DNA of 36,737 bases from Octopus bimaculoides (taxonomy: Eukaryota): the NCBI RefSeq assembly GCF_001194135.2, contig NC_068987.1, positions 54,617,160 to 54,653,896 on the forward strand. The letters are read 5' to 3'. Below, one piece after another: positions 34,417 to 36,737 of this stretch (its first letter is position 1; every line of letters starts with the position of its first letter). Both the position numbers and the translations under genes were made by a program. Below the pieces are notes generated by a model. The model was not told the origin of the DNA and ran no database searches. It saw only the letters and a list, made by a program, of their open reading frames with translations.

Positions 34417-34737
34417 ATCAACCACATTTTCTCTTTTGCTACAGCTTACAGCTGGTTGATATCGAAAATCTCCCTATGACTCACAACAACAGCAAAAGAT
34501 AAGTTCTATGATGCTGAGACTATTCTTAATGGCTTTACGGCTTTTCTCATTTAAGTTTGTGCTTGCACAATTTTATTCTTTATTGCTTCTCATATTTTAA
34601 CTGCTTGTGTTTATAACGATGTTTATTTCTTTCATTACCGTTATTTCTATTTTCCTTTTCCTTCATATTTTTTCCATGTTTTTGCACCTGCAAAAAGTCA
34701 GTGGGTGGGGGAGGGGCATATTTACTGTTCTTATCAC

Positions 34738-34915
34738 TGCTAGGTACAGGCATGGATGTGTGGTTAAGAAGTTTGCTTCCCAATTACAATGGTTTGGGTT
34801 CAGTTCCACTGCTTGACATTCTGTGCAAATAACTTATCCTAAAGCTTTGGGCTGACGAGCTAACTTGTGAGTGAATTTGGTTGACAGAAATTGAAAGAGG
34901 TCTGTTGTGTGTGTA
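34738..34915 (+). mobile_element. CORE-type SINE 5' half
   Basis: GGTACAGGCATGGATGTGTGGTTAAGAAG...GGTTCAGTTCCACTG. Confidence 0.75.
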
Positions 34916-35042
34916 TATATATATATATTTTGAAGAACCTACAAGAATAGGTGCAAGTGCTAATATTTATAAAACATGTGACATATTAATAAAAATCTGT
35001 AAATGTACAACCATCCAGATATCTGAGTACCTTATTATTTTT

Positions 35043-35092
<50 letters not shown>

Positions 35093-35093
35093 T

Positions 35094-35513
35094 GGTGCAG
35101 GAGTGACTATGTGGCAAGTAGCTTGCTTCCCAACCACATGGTTCCAAGTTCAGTCTCACTGTGTGATACCTTGGGCAAGTGTCTTGTACTATAGCCTTAG
35201 GCCAACCAAAGCCTTGTGAGTGGATTTGGTAGATGGAAACTGAAAGAAGCCCATCTCATATACACATATATATATATGTATGTATGTATGTATGTATGCA
35301 TATGTATATGTTTGTATGTCTGTGTTTGTCCCTTTACCATCAGTTGACAACCGATGTTGGTGTGTTTACATCCCCATAACTGAGCAGTTCAGCAAAAGAG
35401 ACTGATAGAATAAGTACTAGGCTTACAAAGAATAAGTCCTAGGGTCAATTTGTTCAACTAAAGGTGGTGCTCCAGCATGGCCACAGTCAAATGACTGAGA
35501 TAATTAAAAGAAT
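35094..35513 (+). mobile_element. Full-length CORE-type SINE
   Basis: Co-linear with 9011-9416. Confidence 0.9.
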
Positions 35514-35535
35514 ATTTATATATGTATATATAGAG

Positions 35536-35574
<39 letters not shown>

Positions 35575-35774
35575 CTGCAGTATATAACGACATTGGGTCG
35601 TTGATTACTTCTTTCTAGCATATTGGATGTCCACCTAGTGGTCATCCCTTATACACGTATATATATATATATATATATAATAAATTTCAGGGTAGTAAAA
35701 AATTATTTAGAAATTTTTTACCAACAGTGGCCTAGAGTGTAGAAAAACTAGTCAATAGACTATATATTATTCAT

Positions 35775-36160
35775 TATAAATACAGTGTACATTTAAACAT
35801 ATAAGAGAAGGCCATTATAGGACATCTAACCCGCTAGAAGGAGTAGTTAAAATCCAAACCACTATTAGGGGTAATTTCAAAAGGGAATGAAAAATAAACA
35901 CATTTACCATCTATTTCCTGGACTATGGTTTCAAGCTATCTTTGGCTTTCCTACTGATGAGAGCTTCACCTAGCAAATTACTTTATTTGCTGAAGATAGC
36001 TTGAAACCATGGTCCAGGAAATAGATGGTAAATGTGTTTATTTTTCATTCCATTTCGAAATTACCCCTAATAGTGGTTTGGATTTTAACTACTTCTTCTA
36101 GCGGGTTAGATGTCCTATTATGGGCATCTCTTATGTGTTTAAATGTATACTGTATTTATA
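35775..36160. repeat. Inverted repeat with 168-bp arms (35775-35942 / 35993-36160) and a 50-bp spacer; PLE-type inverted pLTR
   Basis: Arms align with few mismatches. The right arm plus spacer completes a hammerhead. Confidence 0.9.
35947..36021 (+). ncRNA. Type I hammerhead ribozyme, family C, intact core with GUC site
   Basis: TTTCCTA-CTGATGA-GAGCT..[TAGCAAAT-tacttt-ATTTGCTG]..AGCTT-GAA-ACCATGGT-C-CAGGAAA. Perfect palindromic stem III; one A.C mismatch at the stem I pair next to the core. Confidence 0.82.
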
Positions 36161-36323
36161 TATGTTTGTTTACTTTCATCGTAAAGTTGAATTTATCATT
36201 AGCGTCTTATGAAGCTAAATTTATAAGTTCTAAAATCGCAGAAGAATTCGTTGCTGGGCAGTTTAGTTTAATGGTNNNNNNNNNNATTTATAAGTTCTAA
36301 AATCGCAGAAGAATTCGTTGCTG

Positions 36324-36395
36324 GGCAGTTTAGTTTAATGGTAAAACACTTGACATGTAATCACAGAGATGTGAGTTCGAGTCTCATGGCTGGCC
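36324..36395 (+). pseudogene. tRNA-Thr(UGU)-like pseudogene or SINE head with downstream T5 terminator
   Basis: GGCAGTT-TA-GTTT(AATGGTA)AAAC-A-CTTGA(CATGTAA)TCACA-GAGAT-GTGAG(TTCGAGT)CTCAT-GGCTGGC-C; TTTTT at 36405-36409. U33 to A and two anticodon-stem mismatches argue against function. Confidence 0.65.
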
Positions 36396-36491
36396 GGTGA
36401 CGTATTTTTCTGCATTATATGAATAATTTATCCTGATCACGCTATTCATAGCATTATCACGAGTTTGAGAAATAAATTTATTTCTGTATCT

Positions 36492-36519
<28 letters not shown>

Positions 36520-36522
<3 letters not shown>

Positions 36523-36737
36523 GTGTGTGTGTGTGTTTCGCTCCTCCCCACCTTCACATGACAACCAATGTTAGTATGTTTACATCCTTATAACTTAGCA
36601 GTTCAGCAAAAGGGACTGATAGAATAAATACTAGGCTTGCAAAGAATAAGTCCTGGAGTCAATTTCTTTGACTAAAAAACCCTTTAAGGTGGTGCTCCAG
36701 TATGGCCACGGTCAAATGACTGATACAAGTAAGAGAG
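36520..36737 (+). mobile_element. CORE-type SINE 3' half
   Basis: ACAACCAATGTTAGTATGTTTACATCC...GGTCAAATGACTGATACAAGT. Confidence 0.85.

Noticed and set aside
34105-34479. Poly-Asp/Met/His ORFs that resemble acidic biomineralisation proteins (also 9878-10111 and 26723-27431)
   Set aside because: They are translations of (GAT)n and other simple-repeat tracts; 34110 onward is the tail of an RTE-type repeat.
36219-36342. 57-bp direct duplication around a 10-N gap (also 2956-2988 / 2999-3031)
   Set aside because: Typical contig-overlap artefact at scaffold joins, not biology.

Overview
AT-rich, repeat-dominated eukaryotic DNA with eight N-gaps. The SINE families and microsatellite density look like an octopus (coleoid cephalopod) genome; this is inferred from recognised repeats, not from a search. 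No host protein-coding gene can be called with confidence. Nearly all listed ORFs are microsatellite, gap or transposon artefacts, and two short in-phase candidate exons (31766-31822, 33565-33636) are the best host-gene hint. Recognisable content: many tRNA-derived SINE copies of three types, an L1/Tx1 3' fragment, three R4/Dong-like RLE LINE fragments abutting (AAT)/(AAC) microsatellites, two mariner remnants, a maT-like and a pogo-like remnant, a complete non-autonomous Helitron (A|TC...CTAG|T) and TTAA-ended MITE units. The most interesting signal is about ten hammerhead ribozyme (HHR) motifs from at least four unrelated sequence families. All are type I with palindromic stem III, and nearly all lie in inverted or partial-tandem repeats typical of Penelope-like element (PLE) pseudo-LTRs; one pLTR sits next to a Penelope RT fragment. 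In two loci the HHR-bearing pLTR is fused behind a tRNA-derived head plus (AAT)n and carries an inverted partial copy with a different breakpoint. This suggests a SINE-like, ribozyme-carrying non-autonomous element mobilised by Penelope machinery.
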